From the NCBI GenBank assembly GCA_965215195.1, contig CBDCDC010000002.1:4384001-4448000 (forward strand): a DNA stretch of 64,000 bases. The letters run 5' to 3'. The notes below the pieces were generated by a model. The model saw only the letters and a program-made list of their open reading frames with translations. It was not told the DNA's origin and ran no database searches. Position numbers and translations under genes: made by a program. The DNA is from Candidatus Latescibacterota bacterium. GTDB lineage: Bacteria; Latescibacterota; UBA2968; UBA8231. Of the stretch, positions 9,249 to 19,504 are shown piece after piece; the stretch's first letter is position 1, and the number at the start of each line of letters is the position of its first letter.

Positions 9249-11210
9249 CTACCAACTCATTACGGCGTTGCCGCTTTCACCGACCCAGTAGTCTATGGCG
9301 TACCAGATGCCGGCAGTGACGAACTGACCGAGGATCAGGCCCATGAAGAGGGGCCGGGTTTTGAGATAGAACGCCGGACCTCCGTAGCGCAGGACGAGCG
9401 TCTTGCAAAGCCAAGCTAGGAACACGCTAAAAAACATCGTGCCAAAGACAGCGCTGATCGGAAAACCCAACGGGTGGAAGGGCCACCACGATACGTGCTG
9501 GCGGGCGGCCATCAAGAGCACCATGGTGCCGGCACCAATGGCTGTGTAGAGCCAATTCTCCCAATGCGGGCCATCGAGAGCTTGCAGCCGTGCGGCGGCG
9601 TTGTCAAAGGGGTAGCGCGCCGCGCCGCCAAAGAAGAAAGGATCGGTGTTGATTCCACCGTAGCGATAGCCTAGATCGAGGATGGCCCAGATCGAGCTAA
9701 AGAGGGTCACGAGGATGGCCAAGAGGACGCCCCAAAAGACGATGCGGCGTCCTTTTTTTATTGTTTCCTCGGCCAGTTTGAGGCCATTGGCGCAGGAGGC
9801 CATGACAAAGGTGAGAATGTCGCTAGCCCATATGTATGTAAAGGCCAAGGCCATGACGCCGGAAGAGCCGATGGTGCGGGTGCCAAAGCCGGCGGCGACG
9901 AAATCCGAGGCGACCATCGGCGCGAAGATAAAGGCCAAGCCTCCTTCGGCGACGACGCGGGTGATGCCTATGAAGAGAACGAAGGCGAAGAAGAGATAGA
10001 TGGGGGTAATCCAAGCGGGCAGGCCCGACTGCCAGAGCCACGCGCCCATAAAGGTCAGACTGCCCGCCAACATCAAGAGTGCTGCCCGGTAGGAGAGGAT
10101 CTCGCCGGAGTCGTCGATTCCGGGGACACCAGAGACCGCCTTGCGCCAGACTGTGCGCAGGTGGTCTCTGGCGTTCCACAGGCCGAAGAGGACCAGTGCG
10201 ACGACGGCCCCGAATCCTTGGTGGACGATGATCGAACCCGTATAGGTACTGTAGGCACCGAGCACGGGATCAACTTTCTGGACGCCGAGTACGTTGAAGA
10301 TGCCCTGCTGGACGGTGTTGAGCAAAAAGAAAAAGCACAGCCCAAAGGCTATGTCGCGGTTGACGAAGTAGGAAAAGCCCAGCATTTGGAAGCTGAGCCG
10401 CAGCGGAACTTGGATACTGTCGCGGAAGAGCGGGACCGAACTATCGAGGGCGACGCGGGGGAAGTAAGGAAAATAGTGATTGAGGCCATTGACGCTCTGG
10501 ATGAAGGCGGGTATGGCAAAGCCGATCCACATCAGCGGATTTTTGAAAAAGGCGTTGAGGACGCTTGGGCGTTGGTCCTCTTCTTGGAGCATGGCGATGG
10601 GCAGCTGAACCAGCGGGAAAATTAGGCGCTCGTTTTCGATCCACTGCTTGCGCAAGACAACCACAATGGAAATCATCGCCAAGTAGAGTGCCAGCGCGAA
10701 CGGTACCCACAACGCCAGCGGGGGTAGCCACAACGCCCAAGGGATGCCCTGCCCCTGCGGCGCACCTTCGTAGAAGTTTTTGATCTGGTCGAAGTCGTGG
10801 TGGGGGATGATCCAATCGGGGACGAGTGGATGGAGCAGCTCGGCCCAGTTGTTTTCGGGGGTGGCATAGTAGATGACGCTGGTGATATCGGGCAGGAGAA
10901 AGGCGGTAAGCCCCCATTCGGGGATGGAGGTGGCGACGATCCACATGATGTAGATGAGCGCCAGTTCGGCTCGGCTCAGCATCCACGAGCGACGCATAAA
11001 GCCCAGCAGGGTGTTGCCGACAAAGACGAGAAAGAAGAAGAGAATGATGGCGGCGGGGGTATTGAAATAGGAGGCGATCCGAGAGCCGTGGAGCACCATG
11101 TTGCAATACGGGACGCCGACACCAATGGCCCAAGCTCCGGCTGCGCCGACGAGGAGCGCACGGAGGCCGGGCCGCTGTGAAGTTGGTGAAGTCGCGGTCA
11201 AATTCTCCAT
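9249..11210 (-). CDS. DUF6785/DUF6784-type polytopic membrane protein (putative transporter)
   Basis: Many hydrophobic segments; LRKQWIENERLIFPLVQLP, RVVAEGG, WWPFHPLGF and RPLFMGLILG motifs. Confidence 0.75.
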   Translation of the reverse strand: MENLTATSPTSQRPGLRALLVGAAGAWAIGVGVPYCNMVLHGSRIASYFNTPAAIILFFFLVFVGNTLLGFMRRSWMLSRAELALIYIMWIVATSIPEWGLTAFLLPDITSVIYYATPENNWAELLHPLVPDWIIPHHDFDQIKNFYEGAPQGQGIPWALWLPPLALWVPFALALYLAMISIVVVLRKQWIENERLIFPLVQLPIAMLQEEDQRPSVLNAFFKNPLMWIGFAIPAFIQSVNGLNHYFPYFPRVALDSSVPLFRDSIQVPLRLSFQMLGFSYFVNRDIAFGLCFFFLLNTVQQGIFNVLGVQKVDPVLGAYSTYTGSIIVHQGFGAVVALVLFGLWNARDHLRTVWRKAVSGVPGIDDSGEILSYRAALLMLAGSLTFMGAWLWQSGLPAWITPIYLFFAFVLFIGITRVVAEGGLAFIFAPMVASDFVAAGFGTRTIGSSGVMALAFTYIWASDILTFVMASCANGLKLAEETIKKGRRIVFWGVLLAILVTLFSSIWAILDLGYRYGGINTDPFFFGGAARYPFDNAAARLQALDGPHWENWLYTAIGAGTMVLLMAARQHVSWWPFHPLGFPISAVFGTMFFSVFLAWLCKTLVLRYGGPAFYLKTRPLFMGLILGQFVTAGIWYAIDYWVGESGNAVMSW

Positions 11211-11248
11211 AAAAGACAGGCAGTTATCGGCATCTGCTGAATGAGGAT

Positions 11249-11277
11249 AGAATACCCCCGCCCTAGGAGCCTGTCAA
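11249..11277 (-). promoter_or_regulatory. sigma70 promoter of the DUF6785 gene
   Basis: Minus strand TTGACA-N17-TATTCT, about 40 bp upstream of the ATG. Confidence 0.65.
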
Positions 11278-11446
11278 TAAATTGGGTCAACGGGCGCGAG
11301 TTCCGACGATTTGGGCAGGGGACTAGTCAAGCCAGCAGATTCGCATCGAAAGCAAAATTATATAAATGTGCCGTCTGATTTTTTTTACATTACAAGACAT
11401 GAGCCACCTCAGCCCACGTGCGCTATGCAAACCGGGTGAACGCTAC

Positions 11447-14422
11447 ATGAACTTTACCACCTCTCTTCGTTCGATCCTGCTCGCAGCATTGGCAGCTACG
11501 CTATATGCCTCTCCGACATCGGCTTTAGATACCCTGCGGGTCGGTATCGGCGGGAACGTCTCTTGGACGGGCGAGACCACTCGCGCCGATCTGGTCCCGA
11601 CCCTACCCGAATACAAGGTGAACCGGCAGTTTACCGCTGTCGGCAATGTGCCGGGCAATCTAATCGACTTGACTAACCTACAGGTTGTAACGCCGCGTGT
11701 ATTAGTCAAGACCGTGGTCGATGTCGAGCCTGCTTTGCTAACGGGACAACTGGCGCTAGTTGAGCAGTTGTTGCTCGACCAGATTGAACTACTGGAGGGA
11801 GTGACGCAGATCGGGACAGCGACGCAGGGATTTTTGTCGGTGATTTTGGTGGATTTCGCTCCAGAGGTGCCACTGGACGCAGCGACAGATCGGGTGGAAG
11901 AAGCGGTTGACGCAATCCGCTCGACGCAGGTGGCCCGCCAAGAGCGAGGAGAAACGGAGGCCGGCGACCCCAATCTGGAGTGCCGCGAAGAGAGCCGCCG
12001 CTTTGATTCGACCGCAGATATAACCGACGATTGGGGTGATTGCGAGACGATTTTCCAAAACGGCATACGGGCCGATTGTTATCAGACGATCTGTCGCAAC
12101 CTGACCACCGGCGACCAGACGAGTAGGCCGGGCAGGCTACAGGGGGGGAGCAAGCTGGTTGCCCAGCGCGAGATCCAACAGGGGCTAAAGCTGCCTACAG
12201 GTACCGACCCCGTGGTCCTGCCGGTGGGACTAAGCCCGGACCACGTGGCTCGAGGCGAGAACGTGGCCCAGCGGGCACTGGGGTGGGGTGGGCGGATCAC
12301 CGCACCGGCGATCAAGGATGTGACAGCAGCCGATTTGGAGGGAACCTTGCTGGAACTGATCGCGCCTGGAGGAGCCGAAGACGCCTTCTCGCGCAAGGGG
12401 ATTTTCGGCGCATTGGGGACCTTTATCGTGCTAGATTTGGGCAGTCCGATCGGGATCAACCGAATCCGCTTTTACCCGCGCAACACCGTGCAGAGCGCAC
12501 CTCAATATCCCTTCCAGAAAGATTTTATCCGCCAGTTTGAGTTGTTGCTCCACGATGGCCAAGACTTAGTGCTGGACGGCACAGGTCGGCTGATCCCGCA
12601 GCTCGAGGACTTCGAAATTCTGCTGCGCAGTACCGAAAACGAAGACCAAGTAGTAGATGTCCAAGTACAACCTGCCCGTCCAGTGCGCTTCGTGCGCCTC
12701 AAATCCACCTCGTCTTTCCCCTATGAGATCGACGAATTAGAAGTTTATGGACAAGGTTTTATCGGCAGCAGCCGCTACATTTCCCACGTTTACGATCTGG
12801 GAGGACCGGCCACTTGGGGCAACATTAGCTGGCAAACGCGTCTTATCGACCTGCGCAGTGGCACAGTTGCCAGCCTCGAGGAAGCAGTGAACCAAGACTG
12901 CACGACTCAACGCGATACCTTTTCCACAGCAGCGGATATTCCGGACGATTGGGGCGAGTGCGATACCGCTTCACTCAACCTCCCCGACCAAGGCTATACC
13001 ACGGTGTGGATCTGCTTCCAGACGGCCTGCCGTGATAATACCACTGGGGACATCACCCGCTTTCCCGGGCAGACAGCCGGCAAGCGGGTAGCGGCCAAGC
13101 CAACGGTCGGCGAGCCATCGCAGATCCTAGTCCGCACCCGCACGGGGAGCGATCCCAACCCATTGCTCTACTACCGCAGAGACGTGCAGCGAATCGGCGA
13201 GGACGAGCGATCCACCTCGCTGATAGATCCAGAAGAACAGCTAGGCCGCGACGAGTACTTGAGCCTAGCCCCTGACTTAGAGGCCTCGCCGCCCCGGGTA
13301 TGGGATAAAGGAGAGATCGGGGAAGACCTAGAAAACTGGAGCCCTTGGTCGGCCCCCTACCTGCGCGGAGGTCAAGAGGGTGGAACCCCGATTATCTCAC
13401 CCGGGCCGCGACGTTATATCCAGTTTTCGATTGACTTTCTCAACGACGATATCGATGTAACCAAAATCGTCGAACAATTATCAATTGAGTATCTGCGACC
13501 CCCCATCGCCGACGATCTGATCGCCGAGATCTACCCGCGCGAAGTGGAGGTCTCCGAATCGGTGAATTTCACCTATGCAGTGCGGGCACTGATGAACATT
13601 GAGGGAGTTAAGGGATTCGACACCTTTGAAGTCCTGACGCCCACGCGGGTATTGGGAATTGACCGGATCGAGATTGCGGAGGGGCCGGATACCATCGTTG
13701 AGCAAGAATTAAACGCCGATGTGATCCTCGACCAACGGGGCGTACCGATGGTGCGAACCGAGGAAGGCCAAGTGCAGGAGTTGCCCTACTCAACGGTATC
13801 GGCAGCGGGGGATTCCTTTGCCATCCAAGCTATAACCGACCGCAACTTCATCGTCCGTTTCCCCCGGATTGAGCCAGCAGAGGGTGGGAGCGAACGCCTT
13901 TTGAAAATTCACTTCCGCGGACAGGTACTGCTCTATAGTACCCTGTTCCGAGGCCAAGCCATCCTCTCCTCTCAGCCCGGAAGCATCCAGCGGATCACGC
14001 CGGGGAACGCCGCGTTTTTGGGCGAGGGAGACCTGCCAACGGCTTCGGGCATCACGGTGCTGAGTCCGGGCATTACCGAGGGTAGCCTTGTCGGGTCACT
14101 GGCCTTGGAACCTAACCCCTTCACGCCCAACGGGGACGGGATCAACGACCGGCTGGGGCTGAGGTATGACATAGTAGCCGTGACGCGTGCGGCCAAGGTG
14201 CAGGTACAAGTATTCGACCTGAGTGGGTACTTGGTGCGTACGCTCTACGAAGGTGCCGACCTGAGCGGACGCTACGACCAGACCTCTCGACCGGGGCTGT
14301 CTTGGGACGGGCGAGACCAAGGAGGTGTAATAGTGCCGCCGGGGATCTATCTAGTTTACATAGAAGTCAAAGGGGATTCAAAGGCCAATCAGCGGTCCGT
14401 GGCGGTAGCGGTGGCCTATTAA
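11447..14422 (+). CDS. Secreted FlgD/T9SS-like CTD protein with inserted RND-porter-like subdomain and two Cys4 modules
   Basis: Likely start ATG 11447 (MNFTTSLRSILLAALA, signal peptide); DLGSPIGINRIRFYPR, WSPWSAPY, SPGPRRYIQF, PNPFTPNGDGIND, ends VAVAY. Confidence 0.8.
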   Translation: MNFTTSLRSILLAALAATLYASPTSALDTLRVGIGGNVSWTGETTRADLVPTLPEYKVNRQFTAVGNVPGNLIDLTNLQVVTPRVLVKTVVDVEPALLTGQLALVEQLLLDQIELLEGVTQIGTATQGFLSVILVDFAPEVPLDAATDRVEEAVDAIRSTQVARQERGETEAGDPNLECREESRRFDSTADITDDWGDCETIFQNGIRADCYQTICRNLTTGDQTSRPGRLQGGSKLVAQREIQQGLKLPTGTDPVVLPVGLSPDHVARGENVAQRALGWGGRITAPAIKDVTAADLEGTLLELIAPGGAEDAFSRKGIFGALGTFIVLDLGSPIGINRIRFYPRNTVQSAPQYPFQKDFIRQFELLLHDGQDLVLDGTGRLIPQLEDFEILLRSTENEDQVVDVQVQPARPVRFVRLKSTSSFPYEIDELEVYGQGFIGSSRYISHVYDLGGPATWGNISWQTRLIDLRSGTVASLEEAVNQDCTTQRDTFSTAADIPDDWGECDTASLNLPDQGYTTVWICFQTACRDNTTGDITRFPGQTAGKRVAAKPTVGEPSQILVRTRTGSDPNPLLYYRRDVQRIGEDERSTSLIDPEEQLGRDEYLSLAPDLEASPPRVWDKGEIGEDLENWSPWSAPYLRGGQEGGTPIISPGPRRYIQFSIDFLNDDIDVTKIVEQLSIEYLRPPIADDLIAEIYPREVEVSESVNFTYAVRALMNIEGVKGFDTFEVLTPTRVLGIDRIEIAEGPDTIVEQELNADVILDQRGVPMVRTEEGQVQELPYSTVSAAGDSFAIQAITDRNFIVRFPRIEPAEGGSERLLKIHFRGQVLLYSTLFRGQAILSSQPGSIQRITPGNAAFLGEGDLPTASGITVLSPGITEGSLVGSLALEPNPFTPNGDGINDRLGLRYDIVAVTRAAKVQVQVFDLSGYLVRTLYEGADLSGRYDQTSRPGLSWDGRDQGGVIVPPGIYLVYIEVKGDSKANQRSVAVAVAY

Positions 14423-14425
14423 TCG

Positions 14426-16678
14426 TCAAAACATTCCTTCGAGCTGTTGACGCCATTGGTCCTTGACGATCTCGAGGATCGCTTGCTGGCGCTCTTCGGC
14501 GTAGTACTTCTTGAAGCGATCCAAGTTTTTTATTCCTTCCAGCGTATCACCGCGGATGACCTGTAGATGTCCGACTAGCCGGTTGGCCTGCACGTGTTCG
14601 GGTTGTATTTCGAGGATGGCTTGCGCCTGCACTAGGGCCTTGGTGCCCTCGTGCCGGGCCGCGTAGTGAGCGGCCAAAAGCCAGCGGGGGGCTACCAATT
14701 GGGGATGGGTCGCGACCAAGCGTTTGAGCTGGACCTCGGCCGCGGTGGACTCATCAGTAGCCAAGAGCAGGCGGGCTAGGCGGAGACTGGCTTCGGCGTG
14801 GGTGGAGTCGCGTTGCAGGATTTCCGCGTATTCGCGTCGGGCTTGGGTTAGCTGGCCCAAGGCTTCTTTTAACTGTCCCAACTGGTAGCGGAAGCGCAGC
14901 GAGTCGGGTGCTTGGACGACGAGGTCGCGATAGAGAGCGGTAGCCGCGTCAAGCTGGTCTAGTTGGATATAGGCGTAGGCCAGCCGCTCCTGTACCGCTT
15001 TTCGCTCCACTGCCGCATCCGCGTCGAGCAGTTTTTCGTATTGGACGATTGCTTCCGAGTAGCGGCTGGCGTGCAGGAGGGCATTGCCCAAGCCATAGCG
15101 GGCTTCGGGATGGCCCGGATAGCGGACGACAAAATCTTGGTAGGCTGCGATGGCCCGGCCGTAGCGGCCCCGCCGTGCGTACAAGGTCCCGAGATTGAAA
15201 CGGGCCTCGCGGATCTCCGGGTCGAGAGCGAGAGCCTGCTCGTAGGCGGCGATAGCGTTAGCGTGCAGGCCCTTCTGCTGATAGACGAATCCTAGCCGAT
15301 GCAAGGTTTCGGCGTCACCGGCCATGTTCATCGGGCCGACGCGGAAGTTACAGGCCACGCAAAGGGCTGCGAGTACGCCGCCAGTCCAAGCCAGTTGCAC
15401 ACCGGCTCGTAGGCGTCCGAAGCGGTAGAGCGCACCGACAGCATAGGCGGCAAAAAGCAGTAGAGGAGGTACGACCGGCAGGCGGTAGCGCGCGGTCGGA
15501 AAGAATAGGATGACGGAGAGTGCATAGACGACGATGTAGAGGAGTAGAAGGTATATCTCCGCACGGCGTTGCCCTCGATTGCAGCACACTAGCCCCATGC
15601 CTAGCAAGGCCAGCGGTGCCAAGGCCCCAAAGGGAAAGGCAATGGTCTCCTTCCACAATAGCAGCGCTAGCAAGGGAGAGAAGTTGCGAGCGTAGTAGAG
15701 GTCTTGATTGCGGCCTATCTCTTCGCCATGCCAGAAGAGATAGGTCTTGCGAAGCAGGAGCAGAAGCCAAGCTTTTGGCTCCGCGCTGATAAAGCCCCAA
15801 GCCCGGGCAAAGAAATAGGCCGATTGATCCGAGGCCTGGGTAAGCCCGGCTGCGGTTCGGGGTTGGCTGGCCAAGGTGCGCCATGCTGGGCCGGGTGGAA
15901 TGCGAATTGTTTCCTCGTAGTTGGCGTTGTTGCCTAGGTAGAAATTGATCCCCCCGTTGGAGGAGATCAGCACCAAGTCGTCGCCTATCAGGTAATTGCG
16001 CAGAGTGACGGGAGCGATGACTAACGAGGCTCCCAGTAGCAAGGGTAGAGCATTTAGCAAGCGCCGCGGCCATGGCAGCGCACGACGCACGACAATCACC
16101 CAGAGCAAGGCCGCGGGCAGAAAGAGCAAGATGTTGGCCACGGCAAGGGCGGCCAAGCCCAGACAGAAGCCGGGGACTAGGAGCCGGCGCGAACGACCGG
16201 CCATGGCCCAAGGCAGAGTCAGCAGGAGCAGCAGATCAAAGAAAAGGGCTAGGGGAGGCGGCAGGAATTCACCCGCGAAGAAGACCAAAGGGCCGTAGAG
16301 TGCCGCCGCCATAGCCGCGGCAAGCCCGAGGCGGTGCGAGAACAGGCGGCGGCCGAGCAGATAGAGCAGGACACAGTTGAAGGCACTGATGGCGGCTTGG
16401 ACGAGGCGAGGCAGGTAGTAGCCGGGGGTGAAGAGCGCATAGAGGAACCCCAAGAAGTAAGGATAGAGCGGCGGTTGCCAGAAGGGGGCGTCTCCGCCAT
16501 CCCAGTGCCCCTGTCCCCCCATGCGTTCAGCCGCGTCCGTGTAGGTTTTAGCATCGACCAGCGGATAGTCGAAGAAGGGGCTTGTCTGGCTCTGCTCTAT
16601 ATAGAGGAGGCGCACCGCCAACGCCGCGAGCCAGAGCAACCCCCCGACCAGCCAGCCCGATCTCCCCATCGCGCCCAA
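14426..16678 (-). CDS. GT-C (PMT/ArnT, GT39-like) glycosyltransferase fused to TPR domain
   Basis: VDAKTY, FWQPPLYPYFL, SSNGGINFYLGNN and RYRLPVVP motifs; multiple TM helices; C-terminal TPRs. Confidence 0.8.
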   Translation of the reverse strand: MGAMGRSGWLVGGLLWLAALAVRLLYIEQSQTSPFFDYPLVDAKTYTDAAERMGGQGHWDGGDAPFWQPPLYPYFLGFLYALFTPGYYLPRLVQAAISAFNCVLLYLLGRRLFSHRLGLAAAMAAALYGPLVFFAGEFLPPPLALFFDLLLLLTLPWAMAGRSRRLLVPGFCLGLAALAVANILLFLPAALLWVIVVRRALPWPRRLLNALPLLLGASLVIAPVTLRNYLIGDDLVLISSNGGINFYLGNNANYEETIRIPPGPAWRTLASQPRTAAGLTQASDQSAYFFARAWGFISAEPKAWLLLLLRKTYLFWHGEEIGRNQDLYYARNFSPLLALLLWKETIAFPFGALAPLALLGMGLVCCNRGQRRAEIYLLLLYIVVYALSVILFFPTARYRLPVVPPLLLFAAYAVGALYRFGRLRAGVQLAWTGGVLAALCVACNFRVGPMNMAGDAETLHRLGFVYQQKGLHANAIAAYEQALALDPEIREARFNLGTLYARRGRYGRAIAAYQDFVVRYPGHPEARYGLGNALLHASRYSEAIVQYEKLLDADAAVERKAVQERLAYAYIQLDQLDAATALYRDLVVQAPDSLRFRYQLGQLKEALGQLTQARREYAEILQRDSTHAEASLRLARLLLATDESTAAEVQLKRLVATHPQLVAPRWLLAAHYAARHEGTKALVQAQAILEIQPEHVQANRLVGHLQVIRGDTLEGIKNLDRFKKYYAEERQQAILEIVKDQWRQQLEGMF

Positions 16679-19393
16679 TCAGATGCCCAGACCGGCGTAA
16701 ACCGTGATAAAGCCTTCGGTGATGGTCCGAGTTTTCAGCCCGGGGTCTTGGAAGTCGCGCACGTCGAATTTCATGCCCACTTGGGTCGTCAGCACGTATC
16801 CTTGGTACTCAGCCACGTTGGAAATTTGGGTGGCTGAGATAAAGGACTGGAAGTTGTTGATGTCGTCGTCCAAGTCGCGAAAGAGCACGTATTCGACGCC
16901 GCCAGCAAAAGTGGTGCTGCGGAGGAAGGGCACCTCGGCAATGAGGCCGAAAATCTCGGTCAGTTCCTTGCGCTCTGCGCGCGAGAACAGGTCATAAGTC
17001 TGGCGCCGAAATTCGCTCTTCCAGCGCGGCATAAGCCGCAGGGTGCCGATTTCGCGGAGGTACTCGGCCTTGTTGACGAGGCCAAAGAAAAACTCGTTGG
17101 GATCGAGACCAAAGGAATCGCGTGCGGCGCGATCGAGACGCTGATGCCAGAAGTCGTATTTGAGCAAATTCTTGACAGTCAAGTCAGCGATGGGCGTATA
17201 GGTATGGCCGATGAAGAAGCCGTTGTACCAAGTATCGCGCCCAAGCATCGGATCAATAACTTCGACATTGCGGTCGTCGCGCAAGGTATTGCGGTTATTC
17301 CACTGGAGAAGATCGTCGGCAATGTCGTCCTTAATGCTCTTGGCCATTTCCATGACCCGCAGACGGCCCCAGCGGGCGTGGTCGACGTCCAGAGTCATCA
17401 TGGCATAGGAAGTATAGTTGCGCTGGTCGGAGGTGATGAGTTCGTCGCGCAAATGCCCCACCGTAAGGCGCAACTGCGGCGCGAGGTGGGCACCGACATA
17501 GATGTTGAAGCCGCGATGATCGCGCTGGTAGGGGAAGTCAGGGCGGTTGTCGTTTTCAAAGCGATCGATCCAAGTGTTGTTGTTGGCGTCAATGCCGTAG
17601 AGGAACTCCGGCCGTTCGACGTGCTGCCGCAAGAAGGGTTCTTCGTAGTCGGGGATCAGGTTGATCACCCGGCCGTTGTCATTCTGGTTGTAGTCGGGAA
17701 TGAAGTCGTTGTTCTCGTCCCAGCCGGGAAAAACCGCTGGGTCGGTGACCAGCCCGTCGCTGCGGCCCCAATCGGGGACTCGGTCTTGGTCGTCGTTGTC
17801 CTCGACGAAGTCGACTAAGAAGCGCTCAATGTTGCCCGGAGTGCCATTTTCAAAATAGCCAGAGGAATAGTCGATAAACCCGTCCTGTTCGGCGACGTAC
17901 ACGGTGGTAGCGTAGTCCGGATCCATGTAGAAGAACTCGCCAAACAAGAAAAAGGGGTAGGCCATCTTCGACAGGTTAGCCATCCAAGCGGTGGCTGAGG
18001 GCTTGTTAGAGGTACCCGACGAGGTGCTGTGGTCGGTGTTGCCTTGGTCGTTGCTGGGATAGGGGTACTTGCGGTAAACCCGGCTGTTGTCGAATTCGCC
18101 GTAGAAATTGAACCCCTTGATATCGTTGAATTCGGCAGTGAAACCAAAGATCGAGGTGGCGGTCGGTAGGCCGTATTCAAAGGAGACCACTCTGAGGTTG
18201 GTGTTGTCCTTGACGTTGCCCTTGGCCCGGGCCATCAGCAGGAGGACAGGGTCGTCGTTGCGGCCGGTTTGGCGGTTAGAGGTGACCTGCACCTTGTAGT
18301 CGTTGCCCAAGACCAAGTCGAACTGGACCTTGCGGATTTGGGTCTTGTCTTGGGGAGCTGTGAGTAGGTAGTCGCTGCGGTTGAAGTCGTAGCGCAGGCG
18401 GATCTGCTCGTTGCCGTCAGCGGAGATGAAGCCCTCTTGTGGGAAGCCGCCTTCGATGATCGGTGCGAAACCTATTTCCTTGCCGCTCACCTCAGTACCG
18501 TCGAGATAAGTAATAACGATGTCGGAGCCGGCGGGGAAGAAGGCGGCCCCCCCCTCATTGTCGGCGGGTGAGTCGTCGCTGAGCAAAACTTCGATCCAAG
18601 CGATCGCCTCGGCCTTCTGGTCAACGGTCAGTTCTCCGGTGAGAGGATTGCCGCCAAATCCTTCGGTGAGGGTGTTGGACTGGTGGGCGTTGACGAAGGT
18701 AAAGCCCAAGGTGGTAAAGTCGCCGATCTGGACCGCGGTACGCCCCCCCATCAAAGACGTGTTGTTGGTGCGGTTGATGCCCTCGGCAAAGGTCGAGGAA
18801 CCGCCCGACTCGCTCAGCCGCGAATAGAGGGCGGTTAGCATGTACTTATCGGTGGCGATGTCGAATTGGACGCCATCGAAATCCGGTTTGGAGAAGGTCA
18901 TCGGCGTCAGGGTGGTGCGCAGGCCGTTGGCAATGGTCAGGGCATAGTGGTACTGGCCCTTGGCGTCGGAGGCGATCACTACGTTGCTAAACCAACTGCG
19001 GAAGCGGTCGTCTTTGAAGAGTTGATTGCCTTTCTGCAGGGGCTGACGCTGGTCGTTGTTGTATATGAGCCAGCCTCGGCCGACGAAGTTGCCGAAAAAG
19101 TCGTAGAAGTAATCGCCTTCGAGGGCGGTATCGACATAGCGCTGATAGTGCTGGCGGGCGTAGTTGGAGTACTCCCACTGCTGCCACCGGTACTCGTTGT
19201 AGAGTTCCTGCGGGATGTACCAGCGGCGCACCGCCGGGTCCAAAGCGTCGAAGAGCACACCCGCTCCTTGGGGCTCGAAGGTGGTGCGTCCTCCCCTCTG
19301 GACGCCTAGACGACTACCGTAGGTTTGTGCACGGGTCTGATCCGCGATGCCTATTAGGATGCCCAGCGTCAGTAAGACAGCACAGATTCTCAT
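16679..19393 (-). CDS. 904-aa secreted / putative outer-membrane protein
   Basis: Signal peptide; Asp/Asn-rich Ca-binding-like loops (DNDDQDRVPD, WDENNDFIPD, DANNNTWID); amphipathic beta-strand pattern near the C-terminus. Confidence 0.7.
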   Translation of the reverse strand: MRICAVLLTLGILIGIADQTRAQTYGSRLGVQRGGRTTFEPQGAGVLFDALDPAVRRWYIPQELYNEYRWQQWEYSNYARQHYQRYVDTALEGDYFYDFFGNFVGRGWLIYNNDQRQPLQKGNQLFKDDRFRSWFSNVVIASDAKGQYHYALTIANGLRTTLTPMTFSKPDFDGVQFDIATDKYMLTALYSRLSESGGSSTFAEGINRTNNTSLMGGRTAVQIGDFTTLGFTFVNAHQSNTLTEGFGGNPLTGELTVDQKAEAIAWIEVLLSDDSPADNEGGAAFFPAGSDIVITYLDGTEVSGKEIGFAPIIEGGFPQEGFISADGNEQIRLRYDFNRSDYLLTAPQDKTQIRKVQFDLVLGNDYKVQVTSNRQTGRNDDPVLLLMARAKGNVKDNTNLRVVSFEYGLPTATSIFGFTAEFNDIKGFNFYGEFDNSRVYRKYPYPSNDQGNTDHSTSSGTSNKPSATAWMANLSKMAYPFFLFGEFFYMDPDYATTVYVAEQDGFIDYSSGYFENGTPGNIERFLVDFVEDNDDQDRVPDWGRSDGLVTDPAVFPGWDENNDFIPDYNQNDNGRVINLIPDYEEPFLRQHVERPEFLYGIDANNNTWIDRFENDNRPDFPYQRDHRGFNIYVGAHLAPQLRLTVGHLRDELITSDQRNYTSYAMMTLDVDHARWGRLRVMEMAKSIKDDIADDLLQWNNRNTLRDDRNVEVIDPMLGRDTWYNGFFIGHTYTPIADLTVKNLLKYDFWHQRLDRAARDSFGLDPNEFFFGLVNKAEYLREIGTLRLMPRWKSEFRRQTYDLFSRAERKELTEIFGLIAEVPFLRSTTFAGGVEYVLFRDLDDDINNFQSFISATQISNVAEYQGYVLTTQVGMKFDVRDFQDPGLKTRTITEGFITVYAGLGI

Positions 19394-19443
19394 AGCCGGA
19401 TTCCCTCGTGTAGGGTGGTGCGTATCGGAGGAGCGTCCTTAAC

Positions 19444-19486
19444 AAAAAAGGGCGGTGGGCTGGGTAGCCCACCGCCCTTAAAAAAA
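19444..19486. terminator. Intrinsic terminator hairpin
   Basis: aagggcggtgggct...agcccaccgccctt stem; the A-tract on its left gives a U-tail for the minus-strand 19505 gene. Confidence 0.85.
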
Positions 19487-19504
19487 CGATGCCGCGTACT
19501 AGTC

